Shown here in pieces: positions 18,502 through 31,620 of a DNA stretch of 64,000 nucleotides. A program made the translations under genes and the position numbers. The DNA is from Polyangiaceae bacterium (lineage in GTDB: Bacteria; Myxococcota_A; Polyangia; Polyangiales; Polyangiaceae), in the NCBI GenBank assembly GCA_044222475.1, contig JBGANF010000003.1:1-64000 (forward strand). Reading direction: 5' to 3'. Each line of letters begins with the position of its first letter. Position 1 is the first letter of the stretch. Under the pieces are notes generated by a model. It saw only the letters and a program-made list of their open reading frames with translations. It did no database searches and had not been told where the DNA came from.

Positions 18502-20436
18502 TCACGCGTTCTCGAACTTCAGCGCCCGCTGCAGCCGCGGATCGCCGACCGGGATGATGCGGTGCTGGGTCATGTTGCGGAACACGAGCGCGAGATACGC
18601 GCAGACGCATCCGACGAGGCACATGATGTCCATCCAGTGGACGGAGAACGTGGCGCCCTTGGCGAGCGGAACGTTCGGCATCACGAGCCAGTAGAGCTCG
18701 ACGACGTGCATCGTCAGGAGCAGGATCGCGCCCGCCTTGAGGAGCCCGAGCCGGCGCTTGACGTTGCGCGACATGATCCCGATGAAGGGCACCGCGAAGT
18801 GGAAGAACACGATGAGGAGGCTCATCGTCTTCCACGGACCTTCGCCGTCCCAGCGGTGGTGGAAGAACGTCGTCTCCTCGGGGATCGACGCGTACCAGAT
18901 GAGCATGAACTGGGAGAAGCTCACGTACGCCCAGAAGCACATGAACCCGAACATCAGCTTGCCGATGTCGTGGTAGTGCTCGACGGTGATCTCGCGGGTG
19001 AGGATCCCCGAGTCGCGCATCGACGTCAGCACGACGACGAGCGTCGCGAGACCGGCAACCGCGGACCCGGCGAAGAAGCACACGCCGAAGATCGTCGAGT
19101 ACCAGGTCGGGTCGAGCGACATGATCCAGTCGAACGCGGCGCCCGTCAGCGAGAGCGCGAACAGGATGAGGCCGACCGTCGAGGCCTGGGCCATCGTGCG
19201 GGTGGTGTTCACGTCCTTCGACTCGTCCTGCGAGGTCGAGGTGCGGAGGAGCCACATGCCGAGGGCGATCCACACGAGGACGTAGATCGGCATGCGGCCG
19301 TAGAAGAAGTTCTTCGAGAGCCACCAGGTCTTCTTCCCCATGGCTTCATGCTCGAGGAGCTCCTCCGGGTCGCCGTGATCCTTCTTCGTGATCACCGGGA
19401 CATCTTCCGGCTCCGCGGTGCGCTCGGTCATCTGGGCGATCGGCGCTGCGGTGACGGCGGGCGGCGGGACCGGGGCGGCGAGAGTCACCTGGACGCGACG
19501 CGCCTGGTCGGCCGGGGCGGGCTGCGGCTGCTGGACGTTGATGCGATCCTTGGCGATGCCCATGTCGACGAGCATGTCGACGATGGCCTTCGACCGATCC
19601 CGCGCGAGGGCGACGTTCTTGTCGGTGTCGCCGCCGCGCTCGGCGAACGGCGTCACGTCGACCTTCTCGGTGCCGTTCGCCTTGAGGAAGTTCGCGACCG
19701 CGAGGAGCGCGGTCTTGCCGGCCGGCGGCACGTCCTTCTTCGTTCCTTCGAAGGCGACGGTCGTCGGCTTCAGGGCCGTCTGCGGCGCCGCGAGAGCGGA
19801 CGCGACCGCGGGAGGAGGCGGCGCGGCGGTCGCCGCGCCCGCGGTGTCGGCGCGGACCGTCGCCGTGGCCGTCGGAGCGACGTCGTTCTGCGCGAGCGTC
19901 ATCGCGGCGCGCGGGGTCTCGAGCTGGGAGTGCTCGTCCTTCTTCGCAGCGCCTGCCTCGTGCTCGCCGGACTCCGCGCCGTGCTCTGCGCCGGCGTTCA
20001 TCCAGTGCCCGTAGAGCGTGGGCGCGACGACCGCGAGCGGCACGACGAGGACGACGAAGACCGGCGTCCCGCTGGCGAAGAACTCGGCGGTGCGGCGGAC
20101 GGTCACGCTCCACCCGGCCGAGGTCACGTGCTGAATGAGGACGAAGAAGATCGCGCCGAGCGCGAGCGTCACCGTCACGAGGAGGCCGAAGAGCCACGAG
20201 AACGCGAAGCGCGTCGGGTCGACGGCGTATCCGGCGCCCGCGCCCGCGAGACCGACGGCAGCGGCGCCGCCGAAGATCTTCCACAGGCCCGCCCAACGCT
20301 CGGGGAGCATGTATTCGGTCGTGGGCTTCTTCGGCGAGCTCGCGCTCGCCTTCGCCGCAGGCGCCTTCTCCGCCGATGCCTTCTTCGGGGCGTCGTCGTC
20401 CGAGGACTGCTTCTTGGTCTTCTTTTCTTCGCTCAC
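18502..20436 (-). CDS. actF: Alternative complex III subunit F with an inserted OmpA-like domain
   Basis: AGWSVTVRRTAE, FDWIMSLDPTWYSTIFG, HDIGKLMFGF and SQFMLIWYASIPEE motifs; large insert in one loop. Confidence 0.92.
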   Translation of the reverse strand: MSEEKKTKKQSSDDDAPKKASAEKAPAAKASASSPKKPTTEYMLPERWAGLWKIFGGAAAVGLAGAGAGYAVDPTRFAFSWLFGLLVTVTLALGAIFFVLIQHVTSAGWSVTVRRTAEFFASGTPVFVVLVVPLAVVAPTLYGHWMNAGAEHGAESGEHEAGAAKKDEHSQLETPRAAMTLAQNDVAPTATATVRADTAGAATAAPPPPAVASALAAPQTALKPTTVAFEGTKKDVPPAGKTALLAVANFLKANGTEKVDVTPFAERGGDTDKNVALARDRSKAIVDMLVDMGIAKDRINVQQPQPAPADQARRVQVTLAAPVPPPAVTAAPIAQMTERTAEPEDVPVITKKDHGDPEELLEHEAMGKKTWWLSKNFFYGRMPIYVLVWIALGMWLLRTSTSQDESKDVNTTRTMAQASTVGLILFALSLTGAAFDWIMSLDPTWYSTIFGVCFFAGSAVAGLATLVVVLTSMRDSGILTREITVEHYHDIGKLMFGFMCFWAYVSFSQFMLIWYASIPEETTFFHHRWDGEGPWKTMSLLIVFFHFAVPFIGIMSRNVKRRLGLLKAGAILLLTMHVVELYWLVMPNVPLAKGATFSVHWMDIMCLVGCVCAYLALVFRNMTQHRIIPVGDPRLQRALKFENA

Positions 20437-21038
20437 GGCGTCTTCTCCGGCGCGCCAGCTTGCGCTTGGCTCACTTGGAGCGCGCGCACGTAGGCGACGA
20501 TGGCCCAGCGGTCCTGCGGCGTGGTCTGAGCCGCGTAGGCAGGCATGTTGCGAATTCCGTTCTCGATGGTCGCGTAGAGCTGACCGTCGGGCATGTGGCG
20601 GATGCGATCTTGGTGGTACGTCGGCGGGACCGGCATCCCGCGCTTGATCACGATGCCGTCACCGGCGCCGGTGAGGCCGTGGCACGGCGTGCAGTAGATG
20701 CCGTACCGCTCTTGGCCGCGGGCGAGCATCTTGTCCATCCCGCCGAACTTGTCGATCGACTCTTGCGGGATGAGGAGCACGTAGCCCGAGTTGTCTTCGA
20801 GGCGACCGTGAGCGATGCGCGGATCGACCTCTTGATCGCGGGCGACGACGCCCGCGGGGACCGGACGCATCGAGCGCCCGTCCTCGTAGAACTCGCCGCC
20901 GCCCTGCATCAGGTACTTCGGCTGGTCGTACATGTTGCGGATCGGGACGATCGGCGGGTCCTGCGAGGCTTCGCCGCGGCAGCCCGCGAGGGCGGCGGCG
21001 ACGAAGACCGCGCCGATGATGGAGAGGTGCGCGCGCAT
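20433..21038 (-). CDS. actE: Alternative complex III subunit E, monoheme c lipoprotein
   Basis: LAGC lipobox; NMYDQPK, CTPCH, MPAY and DRWAIVAYVRALQ motifs. Confidence 0.93.
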   Translation of the reverse strand: MRAHLSIIGAVFVAAALAGCRGEASQDPPIVPIRNMYDQPKYLMQGGGEFYEDGRSMRPVPAGVVARDQEVDPRIAHGRLEDNSGYVLLIPQESIDKFGGMDKMLARGQERYGIYCTPCHGLTGAGDGIVIKRGMPVPPTYHQDRIRHMPDGQLYATIENGIRNMPAYAAQTTPQDRWAIVAYVRALQVSQAQAGAPEKTP

Positions 21039-21931
21039 CAGTGGTCCTCCTCGCCTGCGGTCTCTTCTTCGTACTCCTCTTCGAGGAGCTCGATCGAGGT
21101 CGGGTTGAGCTCGTTGAGGAACTCCTTCGTCCGCTCGGGATCGAACTTCGGGTCCTCGGCTTCGACGGAGATGAAGAACTTGTCGTCCGTCGCGGCGCGG
21201 AACTTCTCCGACTCGAAGATCGGGTGGTGGTGCCGCGGGAGCTTGTTGATCCCGAACATCCCGAACACCGCCGTGAGAGCGGAGAACAGGACCATGAGCT
21301 CGAACATGATCGGCACCGAGCTCGGCAGCGAGAACGGCGGCTTTCCGCCGATGACGATCGGGTAGTCGACGCCGTTCATCCACCAGATCATCACGACCGC
21401 GGTGGTGACGCCGGTCGCGCCGCCGGCGAAGACCAGGAGCCCGAGGAACGAGTCCTTGAGGCCCATCGCCTTGTCCATGCCGTGGATCGGGAACGGCGAG
21501 TGCGTGTCCCACTGGGTGTAGCCCGCGTCGCGGACCTTCTCGGCGGCGTGAACCACGTCGGCCGTCGACTCGAACTGAGCGAGGAGGAGCGCCGGGCGCT
21601 TCTTGAGCACCGGCGGCGGCTCGTCGTCGTCGTCGTCGTGATCGTCGCCGTCGACGTCGTCGTGCTGGTGGTGGTGACCGTCGTGAGCTTCGCTCTCGAG
21701 GTGGTGGCCGTCGGACTTTTCGTCCTCTTCCTCCTCCTCTTCGTCTTCCTCTTCGGACTCGGACTCGGATTCCTCCTCGGATTCCTCCTCCTCGTCGTCT
21801 TCCTCTTCCTTGGCCTTCTCTTCGGGAGGCGCCGGCGGCCGGATCGAGTCGGCGATCTTCTCCGCCTCGTCCCAACCTTCGGACTTGTCGTCCTCACCCG
21901 CGTCGTCGGTCTTTTTCGGATCGTCGGTCAT
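21038..21931 (-). CDS. actD: Alternative complex III subunit D (DUF3341) with an acidic/His-rich N-terminal extension
   Basis: HSPFPIHGMD, DYPIVIGGKP, PIMFELMVL and DKFF motifs. Confidence 0.92.
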   Translation of the reverse strand: MTDDPKKTDDAGEDDKSEGWDEAEKIADSIRPPAPPEEKAKEEEDDEEEESEEESESESEEEDEEEEEEDEKSDGHHLESEAHDGHHHQHDDVDGDDHDDDDDEPPPVLKKRPALLLAQFESTADVVHAAEKVRDAGYTQWDTHSPFPIHGMDKAMGLKDSFLGLLVFAGGATGVTTAVVMIWWMNGVDYPIVIGGKPPFSLPSSVPIMFELMVLFSALTAVFGMFGINKLPRHHHPIFESEKFRAATDDKFFISVEAEDPKFDPERTKEFLNELNPTSIELLEEEYEEETAGEEDH

Positions 21932-21934
21932 GGC

Positions 21935-23397
21935 TCACTCCCCCGGCGCGAGGGCTTCGTCACCTTCGTGATCGTGCTCCTCGCCTTCGTGGTCGGCGTG
22001 GTGGTGGACGTCGTCGTGCGGATCGGCCTCGGGCAGAACCGCCTTCACTTCCGCGATCGCCACCATCGGCACCCAGCGGATGAAGAGCAGGAACAGCGTG
22101 AAGAACAAGCCCAGGGTGCCGACGTAGATCATGATGTCGATCGCAGTCGGGCGGAAATAACCCCAGGACGAGGGGAGGAAGTCGCGGTGGAGCGACGTCA
22201 CGATGATGACGAAGCGCTCGAACCACATGCCGATGTTGATGAGGATCGACACCGCGAACATCACCGGGATGCTCGTGCGGAGCGTCTTCGACCAGAAGAG
22301 CTGCGGCGAGATGACGTTGCACGAGATCATCGTCCAGTACGCCCAGGCGTACGGGCCGAACGCGCGGTTCTTGAAGACCGCGACCTCGTACTCGTTGCCC
22401 GAGTAGAAGGCGACGAAGAACTCCATGCCGTACGCGTAGCCAACGAGGCTGCCGGTCACGAGCATGATCTTGTTCATCAGCTCGAGGTGCTTCATCGTCA
22501 CGACGGAGTGCATGCCGTACACCGCGCGGGTGATGAGCATGAGCGTCATGACCATCGCGAAGCCGGAGAAGACGGCGCCCGCGACGAAGTACGGCGGGAA
22601 GATCGTCGTGTGCCAGCCCGGCATGATCGACGTCGCGAAGTCGAACGAAACGACCGAGTGCACGGAGAGGACGAGGGGCGTCGAGAGCGCGGCGAGGATC
22701 AGGTACGCGCGCTCGTAGTGCTGCCAGTGGCGGTTCGCGCCGCGCCAACCGAGAGCGAGCGCGCCGTAGGCGCGCGCGCGGAGCATCGCGAACTTCGTCT
22801 TCATCCCTTGAGCGCGATCGCGGAGGAGCGCGATGTCGGGGATGAGGCCGACGTACCAGAACAGGGCCGACACGGTGAAGTACGTGCTGACCGCGAAGAG
22901 GTCCCAGATGAGCGGGCTCTTGAAGTTCGGCCAGATCGCCATCTGGTTCGGCAGCGGGAACATGTAGTACGCGAACCAGATTCGCCCGACGTGCAAGCCG
23001 GGGAACAGGAGCGCGCAGATGACGGCGAAGATCGTCATCGCCTCGGCGAAGCGGTTGATGCCGGTGCGCCACTTCTGTCGGAAGAGGAAGAGGACGGCGC
23101 TGATGAGCGTGCCGGCGTGACCGATGCCGATCCACCAGACGAAGTTCGTGATGTCCCAGGCCCAGAAGACCGGGGCGTTGTTTCCCCAGACACCGACGCC
23201 TTGGAAGAGGAGGTACCCGACGGCCAAGCCGAAGCCGCCGAGCGCGGTGAGCGCGATCATGAAGGCGATCCACCAGTTCCGCGGGGCCTTCTTTTCGGTG
23301 ACGCTGCAAACGACGTCGCTCACCTCGGTGAACTTCATCCCTTCCTTCGTCAGGTAGGTTTCACCGAGCTGCTTGATGGGGCGCTTGTACGAGGCCA

Positions 23398-23398
<1 letters not shown>
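21935..23398 (-). CDS. actC: Alternative complex III subunit C (NrfD/PsrC family)
   Basis: [42 protein letters not shown] and GMWFERF motifs. Confidence 0.97.
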
Positions 23399-26504
<3,106 letters not shown>

Positions 26505-26508
<4 letters not shown>

Positions 26509-27149
26509 CGGTGGCACCCAGAGCAGTTCGTCGGGGGGTGTACTTCAGGGGCTTTCCAGCCCGGCGGCGCTTGATCGCGGGTCCACGCCATGTTCGTCAC
26601 TTGATCCTTCGGCCGGAGGTTCGGCTCCGGGTTTCGGTGGCACTCGAGGCACCACTGCATCGCGATCGGCTGATCGACGCGTACGACGTCCATCTGGTCG
26701 ACGCGGCCGTGGCACGTCGCGCAGCCGACGCCGACCGCGAGGTGGGCGCTGTGGTTGAAGTAGGTGTGGTCGGGGAGCTTGTGGACCTTGACCCACTCGA
26801 CGGGCTCGCCGGTCTCCCAGCTCGCCTTGATCGGCGCAATCTTCGCGCTGTCGGGGTTGACCTTGTCGTTCTTCACGATCGCATGGCAGCCCATGCAGGT
26901 CTGCGTGTTCGGCACCATCGCGTGAGCCGACTTCTCGACGTTGGCGTGGCAGTACCGACAGTCGATGCCCATCTCACCCGCGTGCAGGCGGTGGCTGTAC
27001 GGGACCGGCTGCTTGGGCTCGTACCCGACCTGGAGGTTCTTCGGCGAGAAGTAGTACCAGGGGATGATCACCGCCCCAGTGAGCGCGAAGAAGCCGCCGA
27101 CCGCACCGAGCAGAGGGAGCTTGTTGAGTGCTTTCGGGAAAAGTTGCAT
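26505..27149 (-). CDS. actA: Alternative complex III subunit A, pentaheme cytochrome c
   Basis: N-terminal TM helix, QPVPYSH motif and five CxxCH motifs. Confidence 0.96.
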
Positions 27150-27239
27150 TGCGCTTTCCGACCGGTCCCTTTCCGAACCGCGTCCCCGGCGTCAGGCACA
27201 GCTTCGCGATCGCTATCACCGCCGAGGATCGCGGCCGTC

Positions 27240-27269
27240 CTTATAGGGGAGTCGGGCGCTCGTACACAA
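27240..27269 (-). promoter_or_regulatory. Possible sigma70-type promoter of the act-cox operon
   Basis: TTGTGT-N18-TATAAG on the minus strand, about 90 nt upstream of actA. Confidence 0.35.
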
Positions 27270-27323
27270 CCCTTTGATCGGAGGAAAAATTCGCGTCCCT
27301 CCGAGCCCGAATCCATCGCGCAA

Positions 27324-27809
27324 TCATTTCGCGTTTTGCGCTTCGGCGACGAGCGCCTCCGCGCGCGCTTTGTGGGTCGGGCAGTCGCGAGCGAGCACGT
27401 CGATCGCCACGCCGGCGAGCCCGGAGGACGGCTCAGCGGGGGCGCGCTTCAGTACGCCCGCCTTCGTGACGACGTAGGTCGGTCCGCTGGCGACCGGCGC
27501 GTCGGCAGGGACCCGAGCGACGATCGCCACCAGGCTGCCCATGTGGAAAGCAAATTCGACCGAGAGCGGATTCGGACCTCCGCCTTTCGCCTCGAGCTTC
27601 GCGTCGGGACCGGGCGTCCAGCGGATCGAGTAATCGTCGGCGGCGACGTCGGCCTTGAAGGTCCCTCCGGTTCCCGTGAACCGATCGCGCACGTCGCTCG
27701 CCGTCATCCCGAGGCGAACGCCGTAGACGTCCGGGATCCCGTCGGCGCGACACGCGAGGAGCACGAGCGCGGCGAAGGCCGCGAGGCACGCCGCGAGGGC
27801 GCGGGTCAC
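27324..27809 (-). CDS. Hypothetical lipoprotein
   Basis: LLAC lipobox; GVRLGMT motif; GTGA overlap with the heme O synthase gene. Confidence 0.7.
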   Translation of the reverse strand: MTRALAACLAAFAALVLLACRADGIPDVYGVRLGMTASDVRDRFTGTGGTFKADVAADDYSIRWTPGPDAKLEAKGGGPNPLSVEFAFHMGSLVAIVARVPADAPVASGPTYVVTKAGVLKRAPAEPSSGLAGVAIDVLARDCPTHKARAEALVAEAQNAK

Positions 27810-28705
27810 GTGAGGGCGCCGTCGACCACGATCGCGGCGAAGAGCCCGACCAGGTAGACGAGCGACGTCGCGAAGGTGATGCGGGCGGTGCGCTCGGTCG
27901 CGCGCGGGCGGAGCCCGACGATCGACGCACCGAGGAACGCCGCGCCGAGCGCGAGGGCGGCGATGAGGTAGCTCGTGTGGGTGATCCGCAGCGGGACGAG
28001 CAGAAGACTGGTGACGACGAGCGCGCCGGCGTAGCGCACGATCGCGTGCTTCGTCGCGTCGTCGCCAGCGGCGTTGGGGAGGACGACCATCCCCGCGCGG
28101 CCGTACTCGAGCTTCCGGAACAGCGCGATCGCGTGGAAATGCGGGATCTGCCAGAGGAACAGGATCGCGAACAGCACGAGCCCCCCAGCGTCGACGCGCC
28201 CGGTCGCGGCGGTCCAGCCGAGGAGCGGCGGGATCGCGCCAGGAACCGCGCCGACCTGCAGCGCGAAATGCGATCGCTGCTTCAGCGGGGTGTAGGCCAA
28301 CACGTAGAGGAGGTTCGCGAGCAGCGCGAGGAGCGCCGTCGTCGCGTTGACGCCAAAGCCGAGGATCGGCACGGCGATCACCGAGCAGACCACGCCGAAC
28401 ACGAGCGCCGGACGCGGCGCGAGGCGACCGGTCGGGAGCGGACGGTTCTTCGTCCGCTTCATCAGGCCGTCGAGATCGCGCTCGATGTACATGTTCAGCG
28501 CGTTCGCGCCGCTGACGATGAGCGCGACGCCGACGAGCGCGAGCGCGATCGTCAGGCCCGAAACGCGAGCCGGCGCGAGCCAGAGGCCGCCCGCCGTCGT
28601 GACGAGCACCATGGCGGTGATCCGCGGCTTCGCGAGCGCCACGAAATCACGGACGCGGAGGCCGGAGACCGGCACGCGGACGTCGGTGAGAGAAGTGCTC
28701 TGCAC
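27806..28705 (-). CDS. cyoE: Protoheme IX farnesyltransferase (heme O synthase)
   Basis: KPRI, NMYIERDLDGLMKRTKNRPLPTG, YTPLK and WQIPHF motifs. Confidence 0.96.
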   Translation of the reverse strand: MQSTSLTDVRVPVSGLRVRDFVALAKPRITAMVLVTTAGGLWLAPARVSGLTIALALVGVALIVSGANALNMYIERDLDGLMKRTKNRPLPTGRLAPRPALVFGVVCSVIAVPILGFGVNATTALLALLANLLYVLAYTPLKQRSHFALQVGAVPGAIPPLLGWTAATGRVDAGGLVLFAILFLWQIPHFHAIALFRKLEYGRAGMVVLPNAAGDDATKHAIVRYAGALVVTSLLLVPLRITHTSYLIAALALGAAFLGASIVGLRPRATERTARITFATSLVYLVGLFAAIVVDGALT

Positions 28706-28714
28706 GGCGCCCGC

Positions 28715-28743
28715 GGTTTACGGAAAAGTGCGCGCGGCGTCAA
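28715..28743 (-). promoter_or_regulatory. Putative sigma70-type promoter of cyoE
   Basis: TTGACG-N17-TAAACC, ending 9 nt before the GTG start. Confidence 0.45.
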
Positions 28744-28820
28744 GGGTGCGGCGAGAACGAGAGTTCACCCTCGGAGCGAGCACCACACGAATTTCACGGA
28801 CGAAACGCGCCGTACCTCGC

Positions 28821-28836
28821 TGGTACACGCCGTGCA
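28821..28836 (+). promoter_or_regulatory. Putative sigma54 -24/-12 promoter
   Basis: TGGTACACGCCGTGCA has exact GG-N10-GC spacing and lies upstream of the lipoprotein gene at 28880. Confidence 0.5.
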
Positions 28837-28879
28837 GAGCGCGGCGCGGCGGCCGGGAAGCTTCCGGAAGGAAAACAGC

Positions 28880-29413
28880 ATGAACCGAACTTTGCACATC
28901 GTCACCGCACACGCGGCCGTCGTGGCGCTCGCAGCCGTGACCGGCTGCAGCGGCAGCACCGACTCGTCGCTCACTCAGGACGGCACGCCGTACGCGTCAC
29001 TCTTCGACACGCCGACCGGCACGGCGACGCCCGATCAGCTCACGGGGCTGTGGGGCGGCACCGCCCAGGTCGGCACCGCGACCGCCGACGTGCGTCTCCG
29101 CTTCGGCGCGGGCGATCTCACCGCGGCGTCGCGCTGCAAGTGGTCCGATGGAACGACCCTCACCGCGGGAGCGAAGGGCAAGTCTCGGACGACCGCGAAG
29201 CCGGAGGGGACCTGCCTCCCGATGGGCACGTCGGGGAAGACCAGCTGCGGAGAGCTCGAGACCCTCGAGTCCGTCTCCGACAAACGCACCCTCGGCGACA
29301 AGTGGTGCGCGGTGTCGTTCTCTCCGCGCGCGTACGACTACCGAATCTCGGGGACGAAGGCGCAGCTCCAGTTCGGCGCCGAGACGCTCGACCTCGTGAA
29401 GATCAGCGACTGA
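28880..29413 (+). CDS. Hypothetical lipoprotein
   Basis: AAGGA Shine-Dalgarno; VTGC lipobox; GLWGG beta-barrel-like start; four further Cys. Confidence 0.75.
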   Translation: MNRTLHIVTAHAAVVALAAVTGCSGSTDSSLTQDGTPYASLFDTPTGTATPDQLTGLWGGTAQVGTATADVRLRFGAGDLTAASRCKWSDGTTLTAGAKGKSRTTAKPEGTCLPMGTSGKTSCGELETLESVSDKRTLGDKWCAVSFSPRAYDYRISGTKAQLQFGAETLDLVKISD

Positions 29414-29482
29414 CGAGGGCGTGTTAGCCTGCGGGCCATCTCCCGCTCGCTCTCGATCCTCGTCGTTACGCTCTCCCTACTC

Positions 29483-30907
29483 GTGTGCGGACACGCTCGC
29501 GCCGGAGGGCTCGAACGCGTCCGCGCCCAAGGTGTGCTCCGCTGGGGCGGCGACGTGCAGGGTGGCGAGCCGTACGTGTCGCAGACTCCCGACGGGAAGC
29601 TCTACGGCTTCGAGATCGACCTCGCGAAGAAGATCGCCGCGATCCTCGGCGTGCGCGACGAGTTCGTCCAGAACGACTGGACGACGCTCGTCCCCGCGCT
29701 CGAGCGAGGAACGTTCGACGTGGCGATGAACGGCCTCGAGGTCACGCCGTCGCGCGCTGCACGCGTCACGTTCTCGCGGCCGTACTACCTCTTCACCGAG
29801 CGCCTCATGGCGCGCAAGGGCGACACGTCATTTCGCCCCGACCTTGCGTCGCTGAAGGGGCGGCGCGTCGGGTGCCTCTCGAGCACGATGGCGTTCGAGC
29901 TCCTCCGCGAGGTCGGCGCCGACACCGTCATCTACGAGGGAGTGCAAGAGCCGTACATCGATCTCGAGCAGGGTCGCAGCGACGCCGTCCTGATGGACGA
30001 CATCATCGCGCACCGCTACGGCGAGCCGAACCCGGCGCTCTTCGTCGTCGGCGACGTCAAGGACGGCGCGTACGCCGTCGCCGCGCGACGCGACGAGCCC
30101 GACCTCGCCGAAGCCATCAGCGACGCGATCGCGAAGCTCTACGCCTCGGGCGAGCTCCGCGCGATCTTCCGCGCTCATGGCATCGACGACCCGCGCGAGG
30201 AGAAGCTCGCCGATCCGCCGAAGCCTCCCCTCCCCTCGACGGGCCCGCAGGCGGAGACGCCGCAGTTCTCGCTCGGTCACGTGTGGCTGTTCCTCAAAGG
30301 GGCGGGCGTCACCATCTTGGTGTCGACGCTCGCGATGGCGATCGCGTTTCCGCTCGGTCTGCTCCTCGCCATCGCGCGCGCGTACGGCCCCCCCGTCGTG
30401 CAGCGCGCGGCGACCGCCTACGTCGAGCTCTACCGGGGGACGCCGGTCCTTCTCCAGCTCTACGTCCTCTACTTCGGGCTCGCGCCGATCGTGAAGATCG
30501 GAGCGATGCCCGCGGCGATCATCGGTCTCGGGATGAACTACGCCGCGTACGAAGCGGAGGCCCATCGCGCCGGGATCCAAGCCGTGCCGCCGGGCCAGCT
30601 CGAGGCGGCGTACGCGCTCGGGATGCGTCTCCCGCTGGCGCTTCGGCGCATCGTGTTGCCGCAAGCGCTCCGGCTCGCGCTCCCCAACGTCACGAGCGAC
30701 TTCATCGCGCTGCTCAAGGACAGCTCGCTGGTCTCGGTCATCACCGTGGTGGAGCTCACGAAGCAGATGACGATCACCGCGGTGGACGTTCGCGGGTGGC
30801 TCGTCCCGGGCCTCGCGTGCGCGTTCCTGTATTTCGCGATGAGCTACCCGCTGTCACGCCTCGCGCGCCGTCTGGAGCAGACGGAGAAAGAAGCGCACGA
30901 GGAATGA
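29483..30907 (+). CDS. Polar amino acid ABC transporter, fused substrate-binding and permease protein
   Basis: GFEIDLA and FSRPY (family 3 binding protein); RGTP, GQLEAAYALG and LKDSSL (HisM/GlnP permease). The true start may lie slightly upstream because the frame stays hydrophobic back to about 29429. Confidence 0.92.
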   Translation: MCGHARAGGLERVRAQGVLRWGGDVQGGEPYVSQTPDGKLYGFEIDLAKKIAAILGVRDEFVQNDWTTLVPALERGTFDVAMNGLEVTPSRAARVTFSRPYYLFTERLMARKGDTSFRPDLASLKGRRVGCLSSTMAFELLREVGADTVIYEGVQEPYIDLEQGRSDAVLMDDIIAHRYGEPNPALFVVGDVKDGAYAVAARRDEPDLAEAISDAIAKLYASGELRAIFRAHGIDDPREEKLADPPKPPLPSTGPQAETPQFSLGHVWLFLKGAGVTILVSTLAMAIAFPLGLLLAIARAYGPPVVQRAATAYVELYRGTPVLLQLYVLYFGLAPIVKIGAMPAAIIGLGMNYAAYEAEAHRAGIQAVPPGQLEAAYALGMRLPLALRRIVLPQALRLALPNVTSDFIALLKDSSLVSVITVVELTKQMTITAVDVRGWLVPGLACAFLYFAMSYPLSRLARRLEQTEKEAHEE

Positions 30908-31620
30908 CCGACGAGAAGCGACCGAAGAAGAAGAAGGCGAAGGCGCCGAAGAGCCGGCCGGAGGCCGCGATCGAGGCACGCGCCGTCGGCAAGAGCCGCG
31001 GACCGCGCGTCATCCTCGACCGCGTGACGGTGGCGGCGAACCGAGGCGAGGTCCTCGCGCTCGTCGGCGAGTCGGGGAGCGGCAAGAGCACGCTGCTCCG
31101 CTGCATGCAGGGCCTCGACGACTTCGACGCCGGAGAGATCCTGGTTCGCGGCGATCTCCTGCGCCGCGCCGGCGAGCCGATCGTCCACGCGGTGCGCGTC
31201 CGCGTCGGAATCGTGCTCCAGCAGTACCACCTGTTCCTGCACCGGACCGCGCTCGAGAACGTGATCGAGGCACCGGTCCACGTGCTCGGCGTCGACGAAG
31301 AGACGGCGCGCAAGGAGGCGCTCGCGCTCCTCGACCGGCTCGGCGTCGCTCACCGCAAGAACGCGCGCCCGGGCTCGATGTCGGGTGGCGAACAGCAGCG
31401 CGTCGCGATCGCGCGAGCCCTCGCGATGAAACCCGACGTGCTCCTCCTCGACGAGCCGACGGCGGCGCTCGATCCGGCGAGGCGCAAGGAAGTCGCGCTC
31501 ATCATCCGCGAGCTGTCCCAAGGTGGTACGACGATCGTCACCGCCACCCACGACATGCCGTTCGCCGAGGAAGTGTCCGATCGAACGGTGACGCTGGAGC
31601 GAGGAGTGGTGAAGGGATGA
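30904..31620 (+). CDS. Polar amino acid ABC transporter ATP-binding protein
   Basis: GESGSGKST, MSGGEQQRVAIARALAM, LLLDEPT and THD motifs. Confidence 0.93.
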   Translation: MTDEKRPKKKKAKAPKSRPEAAIEARAVGKSRGPRVILDRVTVAANRGEVLALVGESGSGKSTLLRCMQGLDDFDAGEILVRGDLLRRAGEPIVHAVRVRVGIVLQQYHLFLHRTALENVIEAPVHVLGVDEETARKEALALLDRLGVAHRKNARPGSMSGGEQQRVAIARALAMKPDVLLLDEPTAALDPARRKEVALIIRELSQGGTTIVTATHDMPFAEEVSDRTVTLERGVVKG

